Below are positions 17,618-27,302 of a stretch of DNA of 35,960 nt, piece by piece. Every line of letters begins with the position of its first letter. Position 1 is the stretch's first letter. The translations under genes were made by a program, and so were the position numbers. Below the pieces are notes generated by a model. It ran no database searches, was not told where the DNA came from, and was given only the letters and a program-made list of their open reading frames with translations. This DNA is from Candidatus Heimdallarchaeota archaeon (lineage in GTDB: Archaea; Asgardarchaeota; Heimdallarchaeia; Heimdallarchaeales; Heimdallarchaeaceae). Location of the stretch: the NCBI GenBank assembly GCA_021399395.1, contig JAAFKJ010000120.1:1-35960 (forward strand). Reading direction: 5' to 3'.

Positions 17618-18637
17618 TTATTTTTCTTTCTTAATTGGAGATGTAGAAACACCATGAACGATGTTAAAGAACCAAGTAGCAAAAATACCTACTCCAGCAA
17701 AGAGCATTGCTGCTGCAAAGGAGGCAAACCTCATAATATCTATCTGAGCCCACAATCCATCAATCATGTAGAATTTTACAACAAGGTATATTGAGAATAT
17801 CAGGAAGAATAATGTAACGAGAACTTGTAAGAAAACATTAACCCAGAAGAAATTCTTTGATCTTGTTTCTATGTATTTCTCACCGATAAGATACTTCAAC
17901 ACAAATTTTCTAACGGCATCATGTGCTTTTACAATTCCATTCTTGATTTTAACAAAGAAGTTCTTAATTACTTTGAACACCTTTCCTTTTCTAGCAAGAT
18001 TGACTAAAAGAATGATTAATCCTGTACCAACTACAAGAATTGCAAGTAAAACAAAAGCAGCAACCCATTGTCCGGAATTGATGAAATCTGCGAATCCAAA
18101 AATAACATCATACTTTATGAATATACCAATAGGTAGTAGAATTCCATTATATATCCCAACAAAGAAGTCTGCAATACCTTGACCTATGGATGCCCAAAAA
18201 CCATAATCAGCAATAATTTCCTTTGTTGCTTCCCAGAAATTATAGATAGAATCTAGATAAAATACAAGATATACAATAATTATACAAATTGCCATCATAA
18301 AGAATAGTGTGGGTATCAATGACAAGTATTTTTTATCATCTTCAGTAAGAGGACCTTTGCTTCGCACTCTCAGGAATTTATAGGTTTTAACAAATAGAAC
18401 TCCAGTATACCAGAATGGAAATAGAACGTATTTCAAGAAGAATTTGAGTATTTTCCAGAAAATTTTTAATACGAATAAAATTCCAACCCAAATGGCACTG
18501 AAAAACCCTTTGGCATCGATTTTTGAAACTTTACCTTTTTTAGGCTTTTTCTCCTTTTTAGGCTTCTTTTCCTTCTTAGGCTGAGTTTCGACCTCTACTA
18601 TTTCTTCTTCCTCCATTTCTATAGCTTTTTCACTCAT
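17618..18637 (-). CDS. Hypothetical multi-pass membrane protein
   Basis: Acidic then Lys-rich N-terminus (PKKEKK repeats), several hydrophobic TM and amphipathic segments. Confidence 0.75.
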   Translation of the reverse strand: MSEKAIEMEEEEIVEVETQPKKEKKPKKEKKPKKGKVSKIDAKGFFSAIWVGILFVLKIFWKILKFFLKYVLFPFWYTGVLFVKTYKFLRVRSKGPLTEDDKKYLSLIPTLFFMMAICIIIVYLVFYLDSIYNFWEATKEIIADYGFWASIGQGIADFFVGIYNGILLPIGIFIKYDVIFGFADFINSGQWVAAFVLLAILVVGTGLIILLVNLARKGKVFKVIKNFFVKIKNGIVKAHDAVRKFVLKYLIGEKYIETRSKNFFWVNVFLQVLVTLFFLIFSIYLVVKFYMIDGLWAQIDIMRFASFAAAMLFAGVGIFATWFFNIVHGVSTSPIKKEK

Positions 18638-18725
18638 ATCTGTATAATATTATGATGTCATATTAAATTTTTTTGCAAATGCAAAGGGTTTATAGTGCGA
18701 AAATGCGATAAAGTATTAGAAGAAA

Positions 18726-19715
18726 ATGAAAAACAGAAAATCAGTTGCTTTTATGTTGTTAATGTTGTTTAGTATCAGTGTATTTATCAGCTTGACTGAT
18801 ATTTCTGCAGACTTTCAACCTTCAAGTGAGGATGTTGATAAATGGTCTAAATCAGTTACTTCAGTAGCATTCTCCAAAGATAATTATCTTAAATTGAATT
18901 TAGCAATAGCAGATGAAACAGGAGAGTATGCTCTTGTCTCATATTTATCATTTCATACAATCCTCAACCTTCCTTTAGAAGTCGTTTCATACCTAAACCA
19001 CAATAAAGGCGATCAAACAGCTGATTATGGTCTGCAAGTACAAACAACCCAAGGTAATTTCTCTTTAGGCGTAAATGGAACAATAATAGTTGATACTCCT
19101 TTTACAGGACCAGTGTTCATCGAAATTGAGGAAGGAGAACAAGAAACTATTGCAGATTTTTCTAGTTTTTTGGGAGAGAATGTAACAATACCAGTTAATT
19201 TCATTCCTTTTGTTTTCCCAATTGATATAGAGGGGATTCCAGGAATAACGGGTATTAGCCTTATTTTTGCACCATCTGCCGAACTAAATGCATCAAGTAG
19301 TTTGGAGGCAAGAGTAATGGATCAAGATCTAGTTTTTACTGATTCTCAAGATGTATACATAAACACATTTCCTGTTAGTGAGGATTTTACATCATTTAAC
19401 ACTGAGATGAGAGATATCTATCTAGATATCGATAATGTGACACTGTTTATGAAGACAATAAATCTTGGAATAGTAGTAAGAACAGATTTAGGTGATATAA
19501 GAAAAAATTTCGCAATTGATCTGAGTTCAATTGATACTTCCGTTATTATGGATCCAATTGGTGAGATTTTACTATTGTATGTTAGTAGTACATTTTATCT
19601 TGGAGATTTGTCACTTAATGTGGTTCTAGATTCAGCATCTTTTGCGTTTATCTCTCTACTTATTGCAATAGTTGTATTTGCTAGTTTCGCATATTGGAGA
19701 AAAAGGAAGAAATGA
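18726..19715 (+). CDS. Secreted, C-terminally anchored surface protein (hypothetical)
   Basis: N-terminal signal peptide (MKNRK + hydrophobic stretch), beta-rich acidic body with N-x-S/T sequons, C-terminal TM plus WRKRKK. Confidence 0.75.
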   Translation: MKNRKSVAFMLLMLFSISVFISLTDISADFQPSSEDVDKWSKSVTSVAFSKDNYLKLNLAIADETGEYALVSYLSFHTILNLPLEVVSYLNHNKGDQTADYGLQVQTTQGNFSLGVNGTIIVDTPFTGPVFIEIEEGEQETIADFSSFLGENVTIPVNFIPFVFPIDIEGIPGITGISLIFAPSAELNASSSLEARVMDQDLVFTDSQDVYINTFPVSEDFTSFNTEMRDIYLDIDNVTLFMKTINLGIVVRTDLGDIRKNFAIDLSSIDTSVIMDPIGEILLLYVSSTFYLGDLSLNVVLDSASFAFISLLIAIVVFASFAYWRKRKK

Positions 19716-19785
19716 AAAAAATAACTTTTCATCTAAAATTTTAAAAGCCTACTTCTTAATGAATGCTTGAGAAGTTGTGGAAATA

Positions 19786-21018
19786 ATGGCTAAAAAGAAG
19801 AAAGACTTAGCAAAATACTATCTAGAATTGGATAAGAAATGGACAGCTCACAATTATAAACCTATACCAGTAGTTGTAGAAAAAGCTAAAGGTATGTGGG
19901 TCTGGGATGTTAATGGTAAAAAATACATGGACTGTTTGAGTGCCTATTCCAGTCAAAATTTTGGTCATAATCATCCAAAATTGATAAGAGCTTTAGTAAA
20001 ACAATCAAAGAAAGTAGTACTTACCTCAAGAGCGTTTTGTAATGATGCAATGGGAGAAGCTGCAAAAAATCTGTGCGAATTAACAGGATATGAAGCTTTT
20101 CTTCCAATGAATACTGGAGCAGAAGCAGTAGAATCAGCACTAAAAATTGCTCGAAAATGGGGATACGAAAAGAAAGGAGTCAAAGAAGATAAAGCTGAGA
20201 TTATTGTTTGTGAAAATAACTTCCATGGAAGGACAATAACCATTGTAGGATTTTCAACAGATCCAGATGCTTCTCAAGGATTTGGTCCTAAAACTCCGGG
20301 ATTCAAAGTTATACCTTACGGAGATACAGAAGCTTTAGAAAAAGCAATCACAAAAGAGACTGTAGCATTTCTTTTTGAACCAATTCAAGGAGAAGCTGGT
20401 GTTTTAATTCCAACGAAGGATTATCTCAAAGAAGTACAAAAGATATGTGAGAAAAATAATGTTCTTCTGATAGCTGATGAGATACAAACAGGATTTTGTA
20501 GAACTGGTGCCTTAATGGCATGCGATCATGCTGATATTAAACCTGACGTTACACTCGTAGCTAAAGCAATGGGTGGTGGTGTCTTTCCCGTTTCGGGTGT
20601 TCTATCCAGTTGGGATATAATGGATGTATTGACTCCTGGAACACATGGTTCAACTTGGGGTGGAAACAGCTTAGGAATGGCTGTTCTAAATGCTGTATGT
20701 GACCTTCTAAGAAAAGAAGATTTTGCAGCTAGATCATTAGAACTAGGAGAGTATTTTGTAGAAGGCTTAAAACGTGTTCAATTAAAACATCCTAAGAAAA
20801 TTAAGGAAGTACGTGGATTAGGGTTGCTTATAGCTATCGAACTCAATGAAAAAGCTCGTCCATATACTGAAGCAATGATGAATAATTCTCCTGTAGGACT
20901 TTTAGCAAAAGAAACTCATGAATTTTCTATACGTTTTGCCCCACCATTGGTTGTGACAAAATCAGAAATTGATTGGGCACTAAGTGTGATAGAGAAAGTT
21001 TTCGATGAAGTAAACTAA
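19786..21018 (+). CDS. rocD: Ornithine--oxo-acid aminotransferase (class III PLP)
   Basis: AHNYKPIPVV, DCLSAYS, LTSRAF, MNTGAEAVE, EPIQGEAG, DEIQTG, K in AKAMGGG, HGSTWGGN; ATG 19786 preferred over GTG 19777. Confidence 0.92.
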   Translation: MAKKKKDLAKYYLELDKKWTAHNYKPIPVVVEKAKGMWVWDVNGKKYMDCLSAYSSQNFGHNHPKLIRALVKQSKKVVLTSRAFCNDAMGEAAKNLCELTGYEAFLPMNTGAEAVESALKIARKWGYEKKGVKEDKAEIIVCENNFHGRTITIVGFSTDPDASQGFGPKTPGFKVIPYGDTEALEKAITKETVAFLFEPIQGEAGVLIPTKDYLKEVQKICEKNNVLLIADEIQTGFCRTGALMACDHADIKPDVTLVAKAMGGGVFPVSGVLSSWDIMDVLTPGTHGSTWGGNSLGMAVLNAVCDLLRKEDFAARSLELGEYFVEGLKRVQLKHPKKIKEVRGLGLLIAIELNEKARPYTEAMMNNSPVGLLAKETHEFSIRFAPPLVVTKSEIDWALSVIEKVFDEVN

Positions 21019-21260
21019 AATCTATCACTTTTCGATTTTTCTCTATAGTAAAAATCTGCTTCGGAATAGTCATAGTCGTTTTTCTTCAATATAGTATATG
21101 CACGCTCTATTGAAGTCGTGAAAATTTTTCTATTTGGTTCTTTGAATAATTTGACTTGGAATATTGATTTGTTTATAGAAATAATCTCACCATTCTTGTG
21201 GATTAGTACAACTTCCTTCTCTATTTGATTGGCTGTTGGTACAATCTGTTGACTATCCAT
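21015..21260 (-). CDS. Small hypothetical protein
   Basis: 81-aa ATG ORF filling the gap, stop overlapping the rocD stop by 4 nt; no recognised motif. Confidence 0.5.
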   Translation of the reverse strand: MDSQQIVPTANQIEKEVVLIHKNGEIISINKSIFQVKLFKEPNRKIFTTSIERAYTILKKNDYDYSEADFYYREKSKSDRF

Positions 21261-21378
21261 GATTTACATTCTATTGTTTGATATTTAAACCCAGAAAGGA
21301 AAAGTGTGCAAATTAATTTCAATGAAGTCTTGAAAAAATGAAAGTAGATGAAGAAGGTTTTCTTCTCCACAATAATTA

Positions 21379-22656
21379 CTAGACTAATATAGCGATATCT
21401 TCGAATAGTATGACAAACACTAGTATTTGTAGAATTATAATCATAATTCCTTCAAAGACATCGAATTTCCGGTCCTGAATACACCGTTTGACAAACCAAA
21501 GCGTTCCTGCTATTGAAGCTAGCTGAATCAGTACGAATGGATGTAATACAATCTCAGTGATAACTCCAAGAATACCGAAGATTAGTAATGCTGATTGAAG
21601 TATTCCGCCCATTGCATTACCTATTCCTACTTCTATTTCTCCTTTTACGGAAGATAGAACCGCGATACTATGTTCAGGAACAGCTCCAGCTGCACCTAAA
21701 ATCAAAGCCAATGAAATCTCACCTTTAGCAGTTAAAAAGAAGTCTGAATGTTCAGTGATGTGTTGTACGCTCTCTGTTAGGATCTCTCCTGCAAAGAAAA
21801 TACCTACAAAACCCATGACAAGTAGTAGGATGGTAAATGGAATTGATAATTTTCCATGTTTATCTTTGTGTTCTTGTTCATCTTCACTATTCTCAGAATC
21901 TGCTTTTTCTTCTGGATCTGAACTGTCATGTTCTGCCTGATCTGCATGTTCATCTAATCCTTTTGACATTTTGTTATTATTTTCTTTAACTGCAATTAGA
22001 TAAACAAGATAAATGAGGTAACTTGTGGCTAACATTGCAGCTACTGGAATGGTTAAAACTGCATTTTCCAAACTAGAAGGAACATAACCAGGATCTAGAA
22101 AACCAAAAACATTGACCTTCTGTGAACCAAGGACAGCATATTGTACAAGACCAAAGATAACGGTCATAAGTAAAGCAACAATTGCCCACCTAATAATGGG
22201 TGATTCTCTTTTTTCAAGCTCTTCAGGTACCTTGATACTTCCTTTATTCTTGATAGTTGAAATTAAGATTGCAATCCCAAGAATAAGTGTATTAAAACCT
22301 GCAGCTGATAAGACAGTAATAACTGCAATAAGCTGTTGTCCATTTATGATTAGGAATATCGCAATTACAGCTTCTGGAAGATTTGATGCTAAACTAGATA
22401 AAACACCAGCTACATAATCTGATAAGCCTACATATTTTGCTCCACTATTTAAACCAGATACAGCCCATTCAGATGGTCTAAAGGCTAACCAAGTACCTAC
22501 AACAAATCCTGAGATTGTCAACCAGAGAGGAGGATGACCTGCATAAACAGCTTTAGCTAAGATAAAGTAAGTAGTTATTACTGCTGCAGCTATTATCGCT
22601 TCCCAAAGAGTGATGTGAAAAATACTCTTGAATTTCTTCAGAAAACTCATGTTCAA
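21379..22656 (-). CDS. Ca2+/cation antiporter (CaCA superfamily)
   Basis: Two alpha-repeats SSLASNLPE and GAAGAVPEH, GNAMG, about 11 TM segments, acidic central loop. Confidence 0.85.
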   Translation of the reverse strand: MNMSFLKKFKSIFHITLWEAIIAAAVITTYFILAKAVYAGHPPLWLTISGFVVGTWLAFRPSEWAVSGLNSGAKYVGLSDYVAGVLSSLASNLPEAVIAIFLIINGQQLIAVITVLSAAGFNTLILGIAILISTIKNKGSIKVPEELEKRESPIIRWAIVALLMTVIFGLVQYAVLGSQKVNVFGFLDPGYVPSSLENAVLTIPVAAMLATSYLIYLVYLIAVKENNNKMSKGLDEHADQAEHDSSDPEEKADSENSEDEQEHKDKHGKLSIPFTILLLVMGFVGIFFAGEILTESVQHITEHSDFFLTAKGEISLALILGAAGAVPEHSIAVLSSVKGEIEVGIGNAMGGILQSALLIFGILGVITEIVLHPFVLIQLASIAGTLWFVKRCIQDRKFDVFEGIMIIILQILVFVILFEDIAILV

Positions 22657-22704
22657 AAGTATAAATAGAGTAATATATAAATTGTTGGGAAATGACTTCT
22701 CAAC

Positions 22705-25700
22705 CTATTCTTCTTTGCTTTCACCATTTTGTTGATCAGAGTTATTATTATCCCCTATCAAGTCGATTTGTTCTTTGATTATCTTTCTTACTTGCTCAGT
22801 TTCCAAATAACTTTCAGAAATCTTTTTAGTGATTTCCTCGATTTTCTTTGCTTCTTCAATTATTACTTCTGAGTGCATGGACTCAGAAAGTTCGGCATAT
22901 CCCATAACACCCATGAGTGGGTTCCTAATCCTGTCTACTAATTCTGCAAAATCCTCAATGTTTTGGGCAATTTGAGAATAAGCTTGATTTCGTAGAACCT
23001 CATCTCTTTTTCTCTCAGTAATGTCTCTTGCAGTAACTAGGACACTTATTTCACCTTTGAGCATGAAAGGTGTTGCATTAATTTCAACTGGAAAATTGGT
23101 CCCATCTTTTCGTTGAAGCTCTCTTTCAAATGTTATAAAGTCCTTTTCAAACATCTCTTTGAAGTAAGCTTTTATTTCTTCAATCTTGATATCTTTGATA
23201 ACTTGATCTAATTGCAATTTGGTAATTTCTACCTGACCATATCCAGTTTTTGTTAGAGCTACTTGATTCACTTCAACAAATTTACCAATGGTTCCATCTC
23301 GTGGAACACTAATGACTGCAATGATATCGTTTGCATTATGGAAAAGCTGACGATATCTCTCTTCACTCTCTTTTAGTAGAGCTTCAGCTTGTTTTCTTTC
23401 CGTGATGTCGCGCAGTACTGATAAGGCCACTGTTTCATCTCTTAGTTTGAAAATATGGGAACTAATCTCTGTAGGAATCCTTACTCCAGACTTAGTAACT
23501 TGAAATGATTCAAAAGTTGCAGAACCACTCTTAATAAATTGCTCAATGCTACCTGCAAGTGCATCTCTATCCTCTGGAGCTGTTATATCTAGAGATTTTT
23601 TATCTAATAATTCCTCTCTACTATACTCCATCAATTTACATGCTACATCGTTCACTTCTATGAAATTACCAGTAGTTTTAGTTGCCTTATCTACTCGTGT
23701 CAAGAAAATAGCATCATTTGCATTATTGAAGAGTTGTCTGAATTTTTCTTCACTTTCCACTAATTCTTGTTCAGCTTTCTTCCTTTCAGTGATATCTCTA
23801 ACTATTCCTTGTATAACTGGTATTCCACCAACTTCGAAGAAACTTGAAGAAACATCAGCTGGGAATTGTGAACCATCTTTTCTTCGGAAAACAGTTTCAA
23901 ACTGAACTGAACCTTTATCTTGAACCTCCTCAAAAGCATCTTTGGAAGCTTCATGTTCTGTAACAGGATGCAGTTGTGCAATTCTTAATGATAGAAATTC
24001 TGTCTTTGAATAGCCTAATAGATCTTTAGCTCGTTGATTTACATCTATAATATTTCCCTTTACATCATGCAGCATTATTCCATCATTCGATAAATCAAAA
24101 GTTTGCCTGAATTTCTCTTCGCTTTCTTTGAGTGCTAATTCAGCTTTAGCTCTTTCAGTTATGTCTTCTATTACTGCGATTACACCTAAGGTTTTTCCTT
24201 CTTCATCAGCAACATAGGAAGCATTGACTTTAACTGGAAAACGTGTTCCACCTTTCTTTAATGCATTCAGATTTATTATTTGGGAATATTTTTGATTTAT
24301 AATGTCTGATATGGTTGAAAAGGCATCTTCTAAGTCTTCTCGAACAATTATATCTATAGGCGTTAAATCAATCATTGAATCAACATCATCATACTCAAAC
24401 ATCTGAGCAGTTTGAGGATTCGCAAATTGAATTTTATAATCTGTATCTACTAGAACAATAGCATCTGGGGATGTTTCTACAAGTGTACGGTAACGCTCTT
24501 CACTTGCCTTAATTGAATCTTCTGCTTTCTTTTGTTCAGTGATATCACGTGCGATTGAAAGCAAAACTTGTTCGTTATTCAAAGTAAAGAGATGTGAACT
24601 GAATTCAACTGGTTTGATGGAACCTGATTTATTTTGTATTCTACTCTCAAAAGTAACGCTTCCTACATCCAAGATATTGTCTTTCATTTCGAGAAGGAAA
24701 TGCAGATCTAAAACTCCCTGGTTAGCAACTTCAGATTCTAACAGCTCTTCCCTCGAATATTCCAACCAGAGACATGCTGTTTCATTGATCTCTAGAAGAT
24801 TATCAATATCTCCATCCTTTGTTATACTATGAATGAATATTGCATCTTTAGCATTTTGGAATATTTGTCTAAATTTCTCCTCACTCTCTTTCAATGCTTC
24901 TTCTGCTTCTTTTCTTTCTGCAATATCAATGACTACACCTATAAATCCTGTAATACTACCTTCAGTACTCTTTATGGCTGCTGCATGGAATTCTGCAGGG
25001 AGAGTCGTCCCATCTCTTCTTTTAATATTGTATTCTACATCATGTACAAAACCATCTTCTATGCATTTTTGCATTATTATCGAAGCGAACCCCTTATCTT
25101 CATCAGAGACAAGGTCATTAGTTTTCTTACCCAATATTTCATCTTCAGAATTATAACCATGAATCTCAACAGCTTCTAAATTCACAAAAGTAATGTTGCC
25201 ATTTGAATCAGAACTGATGATAGCCGCTGGAATAGTGTCAACCAATCGTCTATATTTCTCTTCGCTTTCTTGTAGATCTCTTCTTGCTCTCTTCCTCTCT
25301 GTTATGTCTCGGGCTATTGATAGAATGACTTGTTTGTCTTCGAGTTTGAAGATATGCGAACTTATTTCTACAGGAATTCTCTTTTTATCTTTTGAGAAGA
25401 GCATTGTTTCAAAGGTTGCAAATCCTTTATCAATAATCCTGCTAATTATCTCAGGATTTGTTTCTCTTTCTTCTGGGGCAGTAATGTCAATAGAAGACAT
25501 CGTAAGAAGCTCATTTCTTTCAAACCCTAACCATCTGATGGAAGCATCATTAACTTCCACAAATTGACTGGATTCATTTTCAGAAGTGAGATGTGAAAGG
25601 AAAATTGCATCGTTTGTATTATGAAAAATCTGTCTGAATCTTTCTTCAGATAGCTCAACCTCTTTCTGAGCTCTCTTTCTCTCGGACATATCTCTAGCTA

Positions 25701-27162
25701 GAGCTAAAATTACTTTCTCTCCTCGAAGTGTAAAAACATTTAAATTATATTCGACTGGTTTTTTACTTCCATCTTTATGGATTAAAAATCCTTCAAAAGT
25801 TACTTCTCCAAATTGTAGTAGACTTTTACCTATATCAGATTGACCTATAGTTTCTTCAGGACTTTGTAGTTCCTGAGGCGTCATCATCAATAATTCTTCT
25901 CTTGTGTAACCTGTCCATTTGCAAGCATTTTCATTGACTTCGATAAACTTACCGAGTTTGTTATCCTCAGTAATAGGATAAATTAGGATTGAATCAGCTG
26001 CATTCTCAAAAATCTGTCTGAATTTCTCTTCACTTGCAACCAGTTCAGCATTTTCTCTCTTTCTCTCTGTTATATCTCGTACAACCGTTAAACTAACTGT
26101 ATCATCACCTAATTCAAATAGATGCGCACTAATCTCAACAAAGAGCTCGTCACCCTTTTTTGTTATGTGATGACGCTCGAAAGTAAGTTTCTTTTTCTCA
26201 AGTAATTCTTGAGCAAATTCTGTTGTTTCCTCCTCACCTGACATATTGAAATTAGAAGGTTTAAGATCTGATATCTCATCTCTAGTATATCCATACATTT
26301 CTAGAGCTATATCATTAACTTCCATAATTTCATCAAAGGTACCATCAGTGTCTCTTCTAACAACAACCATACCGTCATTAGTATTGTGAAATATCTGTTT
26401 GAATCTTTCTTCACTAACTTGTAACTCATCACTGGTTAGTTTGGTATCAGTAATATCGGTAGCTAGTTCTACAGCTCCAATAAGAACACCATCATCACTG
26501 AAAACTGGATAACCTCTGATAAACCATATTTTATTGTCTGGTGTGATGACCTCAGCACTGTGTTCTACACCTGTATTCAAAGCTTTGACAACTGGACAAT
26601 TGTTACAGGGTATATCTGATTGATACCAGAGTTTATAGCAAATTTCACCCATTATTTCATTCGAGGTTTGACCAAGCAAATCACTAGCTATTTTATTTGA
26701 CCATATTATTTTAAGATCTGTGTCATAGAAAATAATGTGCTCTGTAAGAAAATCTAAAAACATCGATTTTTTAAATTCAGATGCAAGAAGTTTTGTTTCT
26801 CTTTGTTTGATTCTAGTAATATCTTCTGTTATTATAAAATATCTATTACTATTTTTTTCTTCTTTTACTGGATATAGGGTGTTTCTGATATACTTCCTTT
26901 TGTCATCCTTTAAGTCAATCCAAAATTCAATTTTTTGAGGAGAAGAGAGACTAGCTTCCTCGATAGTTGTCTTGATTTTCTTCAATCTATTTTTCTCATC
27001 TTTTGCAGCGTAAAATGTACAATTTTTCCCTAAAACTTCATCTATCTCTCGATCGATAATTTCTAAGAAGAATTGATTCGCATGAATAATCTTATCGTCT
27101 TTTACGATAGATATACCTATGTTTGTTTTATTGAATACCTCCCCTAGACCTTCTTCTGACAT
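22705..27162 (-). CDS. Multi-PAS sensor protein (11 PAS/PAC modules) with degenerate HisKA-like tail and no HATPase domain
   Basis: Repeating SEE[KR][FY][RK]...DITERK modules; C-terminal LVDRIRNPL; ATG 27162 preferred over track start 27246. Confidence 0.9.
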   Translation of the reverse strand: MSEEGLGEVFNKTNIGISIVKDDKIIHANQFFLEIIDREIDEVLGKNCTFYAAKDEKNRLKKIKTTIEEASLSSPQKIEFWIDLKDDKRKYIRNTLYPVKEEKNSNRYFIITEDITRIKQRETKLLASEFKKSMFLDFLTEHIIFYDTDLKIIWSNKIASDLLGQTSNEIMGEICYKLWYQSDIPCNNCPVVKALNTGVEHSAEVITPDNKIWFIRGYPVFSDDGVLIGAVELATDITDTKLTSDELQVSEERFKQIFHNTNDGMVVVRRDTDGTFDEIMEVNDIALEMYGYTRDEISDLKPSNFNMSGEEETTEFAQELLEKKKLTFERHHITKKGDELFVEISAHLFELGDDTVSLTVVRDITERKRENAELVASEEKFRQIFENAADSILIYPITEDNKLGKFIEVNENACKWTGYTREELLMMTPQELQSPEETIGQSDIGKSLLQFGEVTFEGFLIHKDGSKKPVEYNLNVFTLRGEKVILALARDMSERKRAQKEVELSEERFRQIFHNTNDAIFLSHLTSENESSQFVEVNDASIRWLGFERNELLTMSSIDITAPEERETNPEIISRIIDKGFATFETMLFSKDKKRIPVEISSHIFKLEDKQVILSIARDITERKRARRDLQESEEKYRRLVDTIPAAIISSDSNGNITFVNLEAVEIHGYNSEDEILGKKTNDLVSDEDKGFASIIMQKCIEDGFVHDVEYNIKRRDGTTLPAEFHAAAIKSTEGSITGFIGVVIDIAERKEAEEALKESEEKFRQIFQNAKDAIFIHSITKDGDIDNLLEINETACLWLEYSREELLESEVANQGVLDLHFLLEMKDNILDVGSVTFESRIQNKSGSIKPVEFSSHLFTLNNEQVLLSIARDITEQKKAEDSIKASEERYRTLVETSPDAIVLVDTDYKIQFANPQTAQMFEYDDVDSMIDLTPIDIIVREDLEDAFSTISDIINQKYSQIINLNALKKGGTRFPVKVNASYVADEEGKTLGVIAVIEDITERAKAELALKESEEKFRQTFDLSNDGIMLHDVKGNIIDVNQRAKDLLGYSKTEFLSLRIAQLHPVTEHEASKDAFEEVQDKGSVQFETVFRRKDGSQFPADVSSSFFEVGGIPVIQGIVRDITERKKAEQELVESEEKFRQLFNNANDAIFLTRVDKATKTTGNFIEVNDVACKLMEYSREELLDKKSLDITAPEDRDALAGSIEQFIKSGSATFESFQVTKSGVRIPTEISSHIFKLRDETVALSVLRDITERKQAEALLKESEERYRQLFHNANDIIAVISVPRDGTIGKFVEVNQVALTKTGYGQVEITKLQLDQVIKDIKIEEIKAYFKEMFEKDFITFERELQRKDGTNFPVEINATPFMLKGEISVLVTARDITERKRDEVLRNQAYSQIAQNIEDFAELVDRIRNPLMGVMGYAELSESMHSEVIIEEAKKIEEITKKISESYLETEQVRKIIKEQIDLIGDNNNSDQQNGESKEE

Positions 27163-27302
27163 CTGATTCACTTGAATAGATTTTTTTTTACCCCAGACTG
27201 AGAACCTTACTAATATACTAGTTGGTTCTACAAGAAGGTGTAGCATTATAATTTTAATAAGATTGTGTTGGTTCTAGTCGTAATTTTTTAAGTAGAAGAA
27301 TT

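Noticed and set aside
18536-18581. Short tandem DNA repeat
   Set aside because: Imperfect 18-bp units simply encoding the PKKEKK low-complexity peptide
23000-26470. Regularly spaced similar DNA segments resembling a repeat array or CRISPR
   Set aside because: They are degenerate codons for PAS linker motifs (DITERK...SEEKFR) about 370-400 bp apart inside one ORF
23546-26938. Several 60-125 aa plus-strand ORFs within the PAS gene, and similar short antisense ORFs inside dnaK, dnaJ, the rod genes and the permease
   Set aside because: Fully overlap well-supported genes on the opposite strand and have Ser/Phe/Ile-rich shadow composition
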